Shown here: piece after piece, positions 50,061 through 62,800 of the stretch
Numbering within the stretch: position 1 is the stretch's first letter
Layout: every line of letters begins with the position of its first letter
Source of the DNA: Amphiscolops sp. MND2022
Taxonomy: Eukaryota
Reading direction: 5' to 3'
NCBI GenBank assembly: GCA_964187785.1
Contig: OZ076410.1
Location: 57,226,001 to 57,290,000, forward strand
DNA: 64,000 nucleotides
The notes under the pieces: model-generated
What the model saw: only the letters and a program-made list of their open reading frames with translations
Told to the model about the DNA's origin: nothing
The model's database searches: none
Translations under genes and position numbers: made by a program

Positions 50061-52469
50061 GAAAAATCTGAAAATAAATTAGAGTTTGCTGTCCTCTTAT
50101 TGGCTAATTCTTTCTGCTGACATTCAATAACGACTTTTTTTTAAGTAGCAGCTCAATATTTTCTTGGAAATTTCGGGAAGTTTCTATCCGTGTAGTGTTG
50201 AATCAAAAACAAAGACGAAAGCAGAATATTTTTCGAAATTAAAACATCTTCACTCATACATAAATGGTACTTTAACTCAGTATACGAGAATACTTTTGTA
50301 AGACAGTCGCAATTGTGAGAAATATAAATTTTGAAATTCGCTTGGGTGTCAACTTTTGCAATCTTGCCTTTCTTGGGTACTGGTGGGCAGATTGGGTCAT
50401 CTGATGGCTTTTTGTTGGTGTAATTGATGTTTCGCATATAAAAACATCTCCATCCACCTGCTTACCCATTTGCTGTGATTCGTTTTCCCAAAGCATTTCA
50501 CTTTCTTGTTTTTGAGTGCTGACTTTCTGAGGTGGCCTCTTGAATGGCGATGATGGAAACACTTCATCTGTTCGAATAGAATCTTAAACTACTTCCCAAA
50601 ACCAGTCATGTCTCAAGCTCAGTAAAACATCTCAGTTGATTCTCTGACATTGGAATTTCCTCGCAGTCACGCTCGAATAAAACTCTTTGGACTTCTGGTG
50701 GTAGATGGAAGCGATCATAAATAATGTGTTTTTCACAGTTCTTATTAGTTGTTTCTTCACCTTCAAGTCCTTTTCTGAGGCCCCTTTGTGTTGTTTGGGT
50801 CTGTCGGTAAAACGTTCAATACTGCTTTAGGCACTGACAAAGAATTCTCCACTTCACAAGAAATTGCAGTTTTTTTGCTCCAAAACAATTGTCATCTTTC
50901 TGTTGAACCAAACTTCAAACAGAGTGTATCGTGTTAGGAACGTTCAAAAATTATTATCGTCGTTTCTAAAGTTGCTCATAAATTTTCCCAGACATTGAAT
51001 AAGCAAACGCTTTAATTTGAGATCTTTATTTTGCTAGACCAAAGAAACTCAGGATTTTTTGCTGGTTAACAAATATAAATCTTGATAAAAAACAATTGAT
51101 GACATTTTTTGTTTCTAAACATTTGATGTTGACTAAACGCTACTTTGTGAAACTCAAACAATAAATGTGAACTTTTTTCATCAGGAAAATTTTGCTATTC
51201 CACTGGTTCAAATTTTCGCTTTCAGTTGTGATAATTATTCCGTTTCCAACTTGATATCTTTCAAGCAATAAGCGGTCGTTTTACTTCCACTGCTGACCAA
51301 GAACTTGGGAATAGTTTCCCCTATTTTTTTAAAACCGAGAGGAGATTGATGAGAGGCACGAAAAAAAACCCACGAAGCGACCGGAACTTACATCTTCCTG
51401 AAGCTGTTCAAAATGGGCTCCGGTGGGTGAACTTCACATTGACGAACGCATTACCCTATCCGCACCGTAGTTTCAAGCTTTGATCAATATTTCTGAGAAT
51501 ATCAACATGGGAACACAACCTGTGAAGGAATGCGTGGTTGGAATCCTGAATCGACCCCAGAATCAAAATTTTGCTACAAGCGTTTCCAAATTCAAAAAAC
51601 TATCTTCCTCAGTACTATTTGAATGGGTTACTAAAAAAGCTATAATTTACTTTACTTTGATTGACTTTTTGTGTTTGCTTTAGTTTTTACCAAGTGTTTA
51701 CTGTTCGTGATAGGGTTAGTTTCTGTCGTGAGGAACTACAGTTTTTTTAAATCCGAAAATGGTTGAAGCAACGGTTGAGTGAAAGCCTGAGTTTTTCCCA
51801 AAATTCCGCAAAGACTTTCGCTTTCTTGTTTCACTTTCTGAACCAAAAATTGGAGAGGACTTCAAGATTACGGTGAACTTTGTGTTTAGCTCCACTCCAA
51901 AGAGCACGATCTTCACTGTCTGTTTTCACTACCGCATTATCATCTTCTCCTTGGCATTGCGCATAGTGATCGATCAGACGGACGTGGATACCTTGTGCCT
52001 TGTTTCTATTCTACATTTTGCTTCCTACAGCATTAATGCCCAAAATTGAAACACAACGGTGAGATCATAGTGAGGTTGCAGCTGAATGTTGACTACAATG
52101 AAAAATTGGGGAATAATGGTTTTTTTAAGCGCCCAAAGAAAAACAAAAAATTCCCTGCTTGAAGTTATTTGGCAAAGTTGAACGAATGCCCAAAAGTGTT
52201 ATGATATTCCTGAATCGTTTATGTAACTTGCTGATCGGACCTCATGCATTTGTTTTCATAACAATTATGGACATTTTTGTGAGAGGAAGTGGATCAATCA
52301 AACTGATACTTTTCATTTTGTACTCCAAACTCAGATTAGTTAAAAATAATTGTTTTTAGAATTTTTATTCGAGAGCAAGTGAGAGTTTCAATAAATGCAA
52401 ACAATTCAAGACTGGTTTGAAGTCAGCAGAAGACTGCAATTTTTTACAAAATTGATTCCTTGGAAAGAT

Positions 52470-52930
52470 TTAGTTACTGCATCTAAGACAGAATTTACTG
52501 CTGTTAACAAAGCGAATGAATTCTGTCTCAAATACCACGGGAATTGTTAAATAGCTGCCTTCCAAAGCAAAGTACGCTGTATTTATACAATAGAGTCCGC
52601 ATAGGTTAAATGTAGGTTTCTGGAGCGGATAATCTATGAGTTGTTTTATGTTCAAGTCAGCATACACCAAGCGTTTGTTAATGTTCGGGATATTTCGGAG
52701 ATCTAGTCCCAAGGGGTCACCGATAGTATAGTCTTCTGTATTTTTACAGTAAAGAAGCCAATGCGTGCCTGTTCCATCTGAATTGTCAGACTTTACAATA
52801 ACGAATGTGTTTTGGTCCAGTCGCGTCGAAAACTGTTGGCGTCGTACATTCCTGCAATTTTGTATTTCAAACGCTTGCATCTGTTGATGAGCTCTCACAG
52901 TCCCACTTCGCCAATCAATTTGTCTCCGTT
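52470..52930 (-). pseudogene. Adenain-like cysteine protease (Polinton PRO)
   Basis: FVIVKSDNSDGTGTHWLL...DPLG...PLQ...NLCGLYCI gives the H, D, Q, C catalytic pattern. Confidence 0.9.
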
Positions 52931-52949
52931 TTGGATTTCAGCTGTTTGA

Positions 52950-54112
52950 TTTTTAAAACTTGACGGTCAGAGTTGATGCTTTTCCACCCAGGAAGAAAAG
53001 TTAAACGCTTCAGGGAAGGTTTTATTTGAACCGCAAATCATTAGATATCAACGCGTTTGTCAACTCGGGGTACAATTAATCATATGATGCTTGTTGAGTG
53101 CTTGTCAGGTCAAACACTAGAACATAATGGTTTTTATAGTCTTCGAATGGAACACCATGTCCATGGGTTTTGAATTGAAGAGCTTCCAGTCAATTGAAAT
53201 GAAGTTTTTTGTCATTTTCTGTCTGCAGTGGTCTTCCAGCAATAGGGTATCTGTTTCTGTAGACAGTGTTGCTTTGCATTTTGAACTTTCTAAAAATGAA
53301 AATGGTTCACTGTTTTCGCCCCGAAGAAAGCTTCATTTGTTACCATTGCCAAAACGAATCGTCTAATGGGTTCATGATTGAAATAGTCTTCATAACTCCA
53401 GCTCCTGCTATCTTTTGACAAAAAATGGTCTTTGGTAATATTTCAGTGTAATGATAGGATAGCTGGAAAATTATGTTCAGTGACCGTCATTTTCCGTACA
53501 TAAAGATTGGCTTGCGATATTTCAACCTTGTATTCTTTCGCATCGGAATCATAAATTGAACAGAACTCTGGCCGATTTCTTAGTAAAGTTATGCAGACAG
53601 TTACACCGCTGAGTAGGTATTTGTCGCAAGAAACGAAGCCTGATGCTACTCTCCCGATGAGCAATATTGATAATAATGATTCTGACTCTCGTGTTTCAGC
53701 CACTTTCTTGATTAAGACTTCTTTGGTGAATTTGTTGTTTTCTCATAGCAGTAACCTAAACACTTCAACCAAATGTTTTTGCTTCTTGTTGTAACATTGC
53801 AATCTGTAAACTAAGAATGAAGGGTGTTGTTGACCAAACAGGGAAAATCACTATTCGTGGCGGCTGTTGCGTCATATCGTAAGTCATTGCCGTCCTCTTG
53901 AAGTATTCTACATTTAACCTCCAAGTATATATATTGTCCAAGTAAACGAATTTCGTACAGTCGCCAGTAACTTCAAGTTCTTGTGTTGGTCCATTAGGAG
54001 CATAGAATGGTCCAACGTTTTGTTCGAATGGAGCCCCAAAATTGATCAAAAAGGGAGCGAACAAATCCACAGAGCTATGAGAAGTTTCATAGGGTAAACT
54101 TTTAGGTAACAT
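52950..54112 (-). pseudogene. Polinton major capsid protein, copy 1
   Basis: VDLFAP, GPTQELEVTGD, VNNTLHSLF (ORF of copy 2), YLLSGVTV.ITLLRN, ANLYVRKMTV, VFDLTS, YPELTN, all frameshifted. Confidence 0.8.
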
Positions 54113-54228
54113 TTTCGACTCTGGAGAAGATACCGGACCGACTTCTTTTCAGTTTTCTTCTTTGTCGACTGTTTCTTTATCTAGTTTTTCTGCTCCATTT
54201 ATTTCTTCAAGCTCTGATTAAAAAATAC

Positions 54229-56686
54229 TCGTAAAATACAAGTCAGCCAAGTTTCATGGTACTGAGCAGATCTGAATAATAAGAAAAGCATGATAACTGG
54301 ACAAGAACTGAATGAAATAAAAAGTTAGGCAAGTCCAGGTAAATTTTATTGAGAATCATTATCAGAAGTCGGTATGATCACATATCGTCGTCGTTTTATT
54401 GAAGGTTGTTCCTCTTCTCCCACCGGTTCGATTGAAATCACTTCACTCTCTTCTGCCTCATCATCAATGAATGGGTTCCGAAGCAAAGCTGAATGTTCCG
54501 CTCCATAGGTAGCATAAAAATTAGAAATATGGTCTCCCATTACATCTGCTAATATCTTCAGAGTTCCTTCGTTCAAATCAGATTCGGTGTTTTTATCTCG
54601 TTTAAAGTTGTTGACTAAGGCTTCCAATCCGACTCTCTTTTCGTTCAGGAGTTTTGGGTTGTGGCAGAGTTCTGTCGGACGATCGTCGGAATTAGTCTTC
54701 CCGTATTCTCTTAGAAGTAATTTCCAGGTAGGGCTGGCTAAAACTTCTTCTTTACCCCAGTCAGGATCTGCTATTACTTCTCTGAATCTTGCTATATTTC
54801 GGACTAATTAAAATAATGACCAAATGGTAAGGTCTTAATGCCGTCGTCTTGAATGCATCGTTTGCCAACGAAAGCTGATAGAAAATATTTGTTGCTGGAA
54901 ATTGTTTCCAACTGATGATTATGCGAACCAATTTTGATTTTGTTGGTTTTGACTAAATTAGTTGTGCATAGGACATTTTGGTACACATCATGTTTGAGTG
55001 ATGTTTGAGCAGAGCGCGAAATTTTTTTGACAGATAGTTTCTTTTTTTTCCATCATCAAATCTGATGGAATACATTTTATTGCTCTCGTCAAATGAAGGG
55101 TGTTTTTTTCGGATAGTTTGAAAAATTGAAGTGTTTCTTGAGATTCTCGTTCTTCTCTAGTTCTCGGTACAAATCCTAGTGTTTGATTTCGTAGAAAAGA
55201 AATTCTGTTTCAGTATAAGTCAGCTGGCAGTTGAAAGTTGGCTTCATAATTTTGTAATGAAAGTGTACATATGAAATTTAACCAGTTCCAATACACAAGC
55301 GCCCACGATTGTTGGTTTTTTCCAAAAACAATTTTGGGCTTTTTCATTGTAACCGCTGCAAGGTTTTCGTCGAAAATCTTGAAGGTTTTCATCAGTGATG
55401 TATCCACCAATTTTTGCGCTTCTTGTTCCGTTCTGACCAGTTGGACACTAGCCCTGTTCCTCTAGCTCTCCAACGTTTTGACATAGCAGCTGTTCTTCAT
55501 CAATTTAAAAAATCGTTCCCGGAATTTGTTTGTTGATTGTTGCTTTTCTTTGTATTTTTGACTATGTAAGGTTTCAACCATATCGATTGGACAAATTCAA
55601 GTACACGATGGACTTTTTAAACAACAAGCCCTAACTGAACATAGAATTGCAAATTCAGGTAGTGCACAGTAATTGAAATTGCTGTTCCGCGTTTGTAGCC
55701 ACTTGGGTTGTTAGGTTTTCTTGAAACCCATTCGTTCGAGAATGTTCAGCTGTTAATCGCTGAGAAAGCTTTCTTCGGAGGTAACGGAAAATCTTCTTGG
55801 AGGTCATGCAATGCGTAAGGGTTTTCCACGTCAACTTCTAATACGTAGCCTACACTGGAATCAATGGTGGTGTTGCGAATTTGGTCCAAGCTCACGTCTA
55901 CTTTTTTGAAGTCCTTCAATGGCAGCGTAGTTCTTCCGTAACTCCGCCGTGAAGATTGTTCGCATCAACAAGGAAGCCAAATGTCGATTCTTCTTGACGT
56001 TTGAAAGTGTTTTGGTACTTATTGTTGGCTGTGATAAACCTTTTGGAATATATTGATGCAACACCACCACGAATCATGTTTTCTGTCATCTCAAGATGCT
56101 CTCTGGCTGTGGGCAATTCGATTTCAGCGTTACATGTTTTGATGAATGCATCGCCAGAAAGATGTGAGCTTGTTAAGTAATGCTCTGGGCCGTAAGGCTC
56201 GAGGCTGTAAGTCTCATAGCAAAATTTGTGGAACTCTTCCATCACACATGCTAGCATTAACGTGTCATATTTCAAGTACAGGTCACTATAGTCGCCCAAG
56301 CATTGGCAGTGGACAGTTGCAAACACGTTTTGCGCGTGAGCGTATTCTGTTTCGGTAACTGAATTTTTGTTACCTCGCAAACTGTTGGTCAAAAAGTTCA
56401 TTGCCGGCAATTCTCTCTTTGCAAAATTATTGAAATCGGTAAAGTATGTGTAGGTATATTGTCCCTTCTGATGCCGAAGCTTTCTCAATGGGCTGGTAAT
56501 CACTGCAGTAACAATCAAGAAGCTTGAAACTTTCTGATGGCAAGTAGCTAACCAATTTATCCACGATGATGGTAAGAAGCGGTACGAATCTGTGGTTCGC
56601 AAGTTTTCTTAGACGTTTTTCGAAATACCGCGCCTATCGCTTGAAGAGTTCACTTTGATGCCGATTGACAATGTGACGTATTTTCA
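54229..56686 (-). pseudogene. Direct duplicate of the pPolB 3' half (copy of ~45832-48300)
   Basis: Near-identical sequence and ORFs, e.g. 55410-55210 versus 47019-46819. Confidence 0.95.
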
Positions 56687-58135
56687 TGCCTGTTCCATCT
56701 GAATTGTCAGACTTTACAATAACGAATGTATTTTGGTCCAGTCGCGTCAAAAACTGTTGGCGTCGTACATTCCTGCAATTTTGTATTTCAAACGCTTGCA
56801 TCTGTTGATAAGCTCCCACAGTCCCACTTCGCCAATCAATTTGTCTCCGTTTTGGATTTCAGCTGTTTCATTTTTAAAACTTGACGGTCAGAGTTGATGC
56901 TTTTCCACCCAGGAAGAAAAGTTAAACGCTTCAGGGAAGGTTTTATTTGAACCGCAAATCAATAGATATCAACGCGTTTGTCAACTCGGGGTACAAATAA
57001 TCATATGATGCTTGTCAGGTCAAACACTAGATCATAATGGTTTTTATAGTCTTCGAATGGAACACCATGTCCATGGGTTTTGAATTGAAGAGCTTCCAGT
57101 CAATTGAAATGAAGTTTTTTGTCATTTTCTGTCTGCAGTGGTCTTCCAGCAATAGGGTATCTGTTTCTGTAGACAGTGATGCTTTGCATTTTGAACTTTC
57201 TAAAAATGAAAAAAGTTCACTGTTTTCGCCCCGAAGAAAGCTTCATTTGTTACCATTGCCAAAACGAATCTTCTAAAGGGTTCATGATTGAAATAGTCTT
57301 CATAACTCCAGCTCCTGCTATCTTTTGACAAAAAATGGTCTTTGGTATTATTTCAGTGTAATGATAGGATAGCTGGAAAATTATGTTCAGTGACCGTCAT
57401 TTTCCGTACATAAAGATTGGCTTGCGATATTTCAACCTTGTATTCTTTCGCATCGGAATCATAAATTGAACAGAACTCTGGCCGATTTCTTAGTAAAGTT
57501 ATGCAGACAGTTACACCGCTGAGTAGGTATTTGTCGCAAGAAACGAAGCCTGATGCTAGTCTCCCGATGAGCAATATTGATAATAATTATTCTGACTCTC
57601 GTGTTTCAGCCACTTTCTTGATTAAGACTTCTTTGGTGAATTTGTTGTTTTCTCATAGCAGTAACCTAAACACTTCAACCAAATGTTTTTGCTTCTTGTT
57701 GTAACATTGCAATCTGTAAACAAAGAATGAAGGGTGTTGTTGACCAAACAGGGAAAATCACTATTCTTGGCGGCTGTTGCGTCATATCGTAAGTCATTGC
57801 CGTCCTCTTGAAGTATTCTACATTTAACCTCCAAGTATATATATTGTCCAAGTAAATTAATTTCGTACAGTCGCCAGTAACTTCAAGTTCTTGTGTTGGT
57901 CCATTAGGAGCATCGAATGGTCCAACGTTTTGTTCGAATGGAGCCCCAAAATTGATCAAAAAGGGAGCGAACAAATCCACAAAGCTATGAGAAATTTCAT
58001 AGGGTAAACTTTTAGGTAACATTTTTGACTCTCGAGAAGATACCGGACCGACTTCTTTTCAGTTTTCTTCTTTGTCGACTGTTTCTTTTTCTAGTTTTTC
58101 TGCTCCATTTTCTTCTTCTAGCTCTGAATAAAAAA
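56686..58135 (-). pseudogene. Direct duplicate of major capsid plus 5' part of protease (copy of ~52768-54225)
   Basis: ORFs 58022-57675 and 57574-57353 mirror 54112-53765 and 53703-53443. Confidence 0.93.
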
Positions 58136-58137
58136 TA

Positions 58138-58560
58138 CTCGTAAAATACAAGTCAGCCAAGTTTCATGGTACTGAGCAGATCTGAATAATAACAAAAGCA
58201 TGATAACTGGACAAGAACTGAATGAAATAAAAAGTTAGGCAAGTCCAGGTAAATTTTATTGAGAATCATTATCAGAAGTCGGTATAATCACATATCGTCG
58301 TCGTTTTATTGAAGGTTGTTCATCTTCTCCCGCCGGTTCGATTGAAATCACTTCACTCTCTTCTGCCTCATCATCAATGTATGGGTTTCGAAGCAAAGCT
58401 GAATGTTCCGCTCCATAGGTAGCATAAAAAATTAGAAATATGGTCTCCCATTACATCTGCTAATATCTCCAGAGTTCCTTCGTTCAAATCAGATTCGGTG
58501 TTTTCATCTTGTTTAAAGTTGTTGACTAAGGCTTCCAATCCGACTCTCTTTTCGTTCAGG
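58138..58560 (-). repeat. Third, truncated copy of the pPolB acidic tail and 3' flank
   Basis: Matches 45832-46250 and 54229-54650, and breaks off at 58560. Confidence 0.93.
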
Positions 58561-59130
58561 AGAAATATCAGCTGGAAAGTCTCCCTTCATTGGTTGGCTT
58601 GTATGTTGAGCGTTTGAGATTGTCCCAATGAAGTATCCTCCTCTGTTCTTGTCTGGTATTCTTCGAAAGCCTAACACACCCAGAATACTTCAGTCATGAC
58701 TACTGATTCCATTGCCTCAAGCAAATTTGAGCTCTAAGTAATTGTCATCTAAAACAGTGGCATCCTCGAGCTGTTTCCTTGGTTTATATATTTTTGAGGT
58801 GCTCTAAAATTTTTTCAATACAAACATATTTTCCCTCTGGTTTCAAGACATCATGTGACCAATTTTCTTGTTTGATTATAGTAGCAACTGTTTGTTTCGT
58901 AATTTCTGGTACAATGTCTAGGGTGTCTTGCGTGTGTAGATCAAGTATTCAGAGGTAGTAGGGTTTCTAATGCTAGTGGAGTGTATACTTTCAGCCAGGG
59001 CAACTCACTCCCCAGTCTACATCTAGTTGAACAGTTTCATAAAGAACGTTTCTAAAGCAAGCCATCTTGCTGTCTTGATAGGTTTTCATAAAACCAGTGG
59101 ACTCTCAATAAATGTCGAACTCATCCATTC
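58560..59130 (-). pseudogene. Polinton minor capsid (penton-like) N-terminal remnant
   Basis: MDEFDIY*ESTGFMKTYQDSKMACFRNVLYETVQLDVDWGV resembles the conserved N-terminus that follows the integrase in Polintons. Confidence 0.6.
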
Positions 59131-59755
59131 CACTTGACTTTTCTTAGCTCTGGCTCGTAGAATTCACCTTGGACGTCTTTGCCTTCAGCGTCTGTTAGTG
59201 ATTATGTTGGTGACTGAAAGTTTTCACGCTCATTATACGGAACAGCTCGTCAGCTCTTTCTTTGAACGGTAAGTCTTGCTTCGCTATTCTAACTCGGTCG
59301 CCGATTTCGAATTTTGGTTTTCTAACTAGCTTGCTCGACCGTTCTGCGGTTAATGACAATAGTCGCTTTACATATTTTTGAGCCACGCCACATTGTTAGG
59401 AGCCATTCCAATCATTCTATTGACGCGCGAAATTATTGTTCTCAAAAATGTTTGAAAATCATTTATGTATCGATAGGACTAGATATTTTCCAAGTGTTTG
59501 TATACTATGTTTTTAAGTGAACGAATGTGTAGTATATGTTTCTATCCCTTTCCGGTTGCAAAAATCTTTGAATGCTTCTCTGAATTCAGTACCCTTGTCA
59601 GATCATACTTTCTTTGGTCTCGCCATGGAGGTCATTCTAGCAAACGTTTTTGCTGTTTCGTCTGCTGTTCTAGACCGCATTAGTTCAACTCGCATTTTTC
59701 GTGACAGTACATCAACTGCATCAAGCAAGTATTTGAATCTTTTGTTGTACCCTAC
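59130..59755 (-). pseudogene. Polinton retroviral-type integrase, 5'-truncated
   Basis: FKYLLDAVDVLSRK, SDKGTEF, IRSLKNIVYK, SRVNRMIGMAPN, KPKFEIGDRVRIAK. Confidence 0.88.
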
Positions 59756-59802
59756 CTAGAGGATACCGGACTAGACGGGAAGAAGTTATACACACACAGA
59801 GA

Positions 59803-62800
59803 ATGGACCGAGCGATTTCGGCTTTACACAAAAAGAATCTAAAATGTGGCTATCAAACAGAGACTGACGGATGATACGGTACCAACGGGAAACTGGAGAC
59901 CCTAGAACACGAAAGAACGAGATAAGATAAGACTATCTGGGGCGCGGGAACGTCAGCAATCGAAACAATCACCAAGGGAGAAATGAACACGGACCCTATA
60001 GGCACTATCAAAACAGACAAACTACTACAGTTATTTCGGGAATACTGCATGTCCAAAACAATACCAACCACAGCCGTGGAGACGTCTTCTGAGCAAAACA
60101 AGAAAACGACGAGACACCAGAAGAGCATTGGAAAAAACTATCAACCCTAGAAAAAAATTGCTACTTCAAAAATATAAAGCAGAAGGACCTACTGATATCG
60201 ATGTTCATCACAAGCATTACCGACAAAAAGCTCCGAAACAAATTATTCCATGAAAAAACTATAAACTTGGACACAACCATAGAACTTATCACCCAAAACA
60301 GCTACGACCGACGACATAAACAAACCACCTTACCACCCGCACTGGCAAAAGACAAAAAAAAAACAGGAACCAATCCAAAATTCAAGCAAGACAACACCGG
60401 GAACAATAGAAAACATCGAAAAGAAACTGTTGCGGATTCTGCCGACAACAAAATTGGACACCCAAACACAACTGTCCGGCAAAAACGGTAAAATATACCA
60501 ATTGCCAAAAAAATAGGACACTTCGCACAGGTATGCTGCGGAAAACCAAATCACAACACAAAAAAACTATCTGGAAGACATGACTTCAGAAGAAGACGAA
60601 GAAGAAAGCGAACTCAACGAAATCTGCCGGAAATCATGAAAAAACAAAATATTACCGGACAATACCGATCATTACGGAATCGATATGAAAATGAACGTAA
60701 AGCAACAAAAAATCACCATTGCTAGCGGTTCTCCGGTCACCATCATGCCGAATATTCTGAAGCTATACAGAATGGAGAATTTCAAACCAAGGAGAAAAAC
60801 AAGGCATGATGTGAACAAAAATGAAATCAAATTCCTGGGAAAAAATGAGTGGACGTGGAACACAACGACATAAAAGTCAAACTCCCCCTACAAATCACAA
60901 AACGAAACGATATAACACCCATCTTCGGAGTAAATTGGCTAAAACCATGAAAAGACTAACCGAAGAGAAAACTGACGACCGAGACAAAACAGCGAGTGAG
61001 TCAGAAGAGAGTATACACCACATCAAAGAGATAAACAAACTTGAAGAAAAGAACAAGCATTACCCAGCAATAGTGGAAATCGACACCGGATCACCGATAT
61101 ATTGCCACCGGACGAAACACATTTGAATTAACGAGGATATAGAAAATTACAAATAGATACCAAGACGTGAATAAAAACGAAGTAAAGTTCCGAGGAAAAA
61201 TCCCGGTAGATGTGAAATGCGAAAACAACAAACAAACAAGCCGGGACCGGCCCAAGTCGGCGCCATATCCAAGGCTCAAAAATAGCAAAAAGACTTCCAA
61301 GTGTCAAGTATTCTTTTACAGTACTCGAAAATCGAAAATTTTTCGAAATTTTTTTTTGAAAAAATTACATACTAAAAAAATGGACCGAGTGGCGCGCCGG
61401 GGCTCACTAGCGCGAGCCCCTGGCGCGCTAAAGTCTCACAATGCCGAAAAACTGAAAGGGGGGACCCTTTGAGGTTTTTCAACATCCATTCTGTCGCAAA
61501 ACATGAAAAAATTGAAGAAAATTTTTTTTTTCATTTTCGGGAAAAACATCTCACAATGCCGAAAAAACTGAAAGGGGGGACCCTTTGAGGTTTTTCAACA
61601 TCCATTCTGTCGCAAAACATCAAAAAAATGCAGGGGACCCTTTGGGGAAAAAAATTTCGGAAAAAAAATTCCGAAAAAAATATCTCGCAAGGCCGAAAAA
61701 AATTGAAATGGGGGACTCTTTGGTCTCGCCCGGTTTGGTATGTTACGCGGAAAAACAGGTAAAACCTTTTTGGTTCAGTTCGCTAGACCAAATAGTGCAT
61801 TTTGGTGCAATAATATTTTGTAGAACTTTTGTAGAACTATTTTGGTCAGTTCGTGTGGATAGAAAAAAAAAGTCATTATAATAGTCGCGTTTCACTTCAT
61901 GAAGCGCCGACTAAAAATGGACATCGTGATAACCGCAACAATAAATATAACACCATTACTCGGATTGGATTGGATTGAGAAATTCAAGTGAACAATCGGA
62001 AGAATACAATTAGCCGAAAACAACAAAACAGAACGCGAGAAAGTATTCAATAGATTTCTGGATCTGTTTGATATTAACGAAACGATGAAAGACACCGGAA
62101 TAATCATCCAACTAAAACCTGGACATAACCAGGTCAAACAAAAAGTCAAACCGGTACCACTTCACCTACAAGAGGACGTAGGACGAGAATTTGTAAAAAT
62201 GATAAAACCGGACATTTGGAAAAAAAATTATTGACGTGGATGAAAATTGCTTTGTATCACCGGTGGTTATAACCGTAAAAAGTGATAAATCAGTGAAAGT
62301 AGCATTAGACTCACGGAAACTAAATGATAGCTGTATCAAAAGCAGACGACATTTATCAAACTTGGAGGAGTTAATAAACCAAAGCTCGGTGGAAATCACC
62401 CGCGACCGAACAGCACAACTATTTATGTCAAAAATAGATTTAGGCTAAGCATACGGACAATTGAAAATGTCCAAAGAAAGAAGCCAAAAATGCATATTTG
62501 CGATAACTGGGGAAAATGTACCGGATACTACCGATTCAAAAAGGGTTTTACGGTCTTCCGATATACCCACGATATTCTGAGAAAAAATTGACTGAACACT
62601 CGGATACAGTACACCAGCTTGGCTAAATGACATAATTGTAGTAAGCCGTAGAAATAAACAAGAACACGAGAAAAAACTCTTTGATACTCTGAACAAACTG
62701 GAAGAAGCCAGATACCGAGCGAGCAAAAAATCCGAATTCTTCATGAATCAAACGAAGTGGTTGCGCCACGAAATCGATGAAAACAGAATAAAAGTAGAAA

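Larger units (their letters stand above)
45830..59755 (-). mobile_element. Degenerate, internally duplicated Maverick/Polinton
   Basis: pPolB, cysteine protease, major capsid, minor capsid and integrase remnants all lie on the minus strand. Termini/TIRs were not found. Confidence 0.9.

Noticed and set aside
46190-57704. Plus-strand short ORFs repeated in the Polinton region (e.g. 46190, 47755, 53127, 53591 and duplicates)
   Set aside because: They are antisense shadows of pPolB and capsid coding sequence.
61434-61640. Regular repeats that might be a CRISPR array (also 4900-4980 and 45040-45420)
   Set aside because: The units are adjacent or degenerate tandem copies without unique spacers, there are no cas genes, and the context is eukaryotic.
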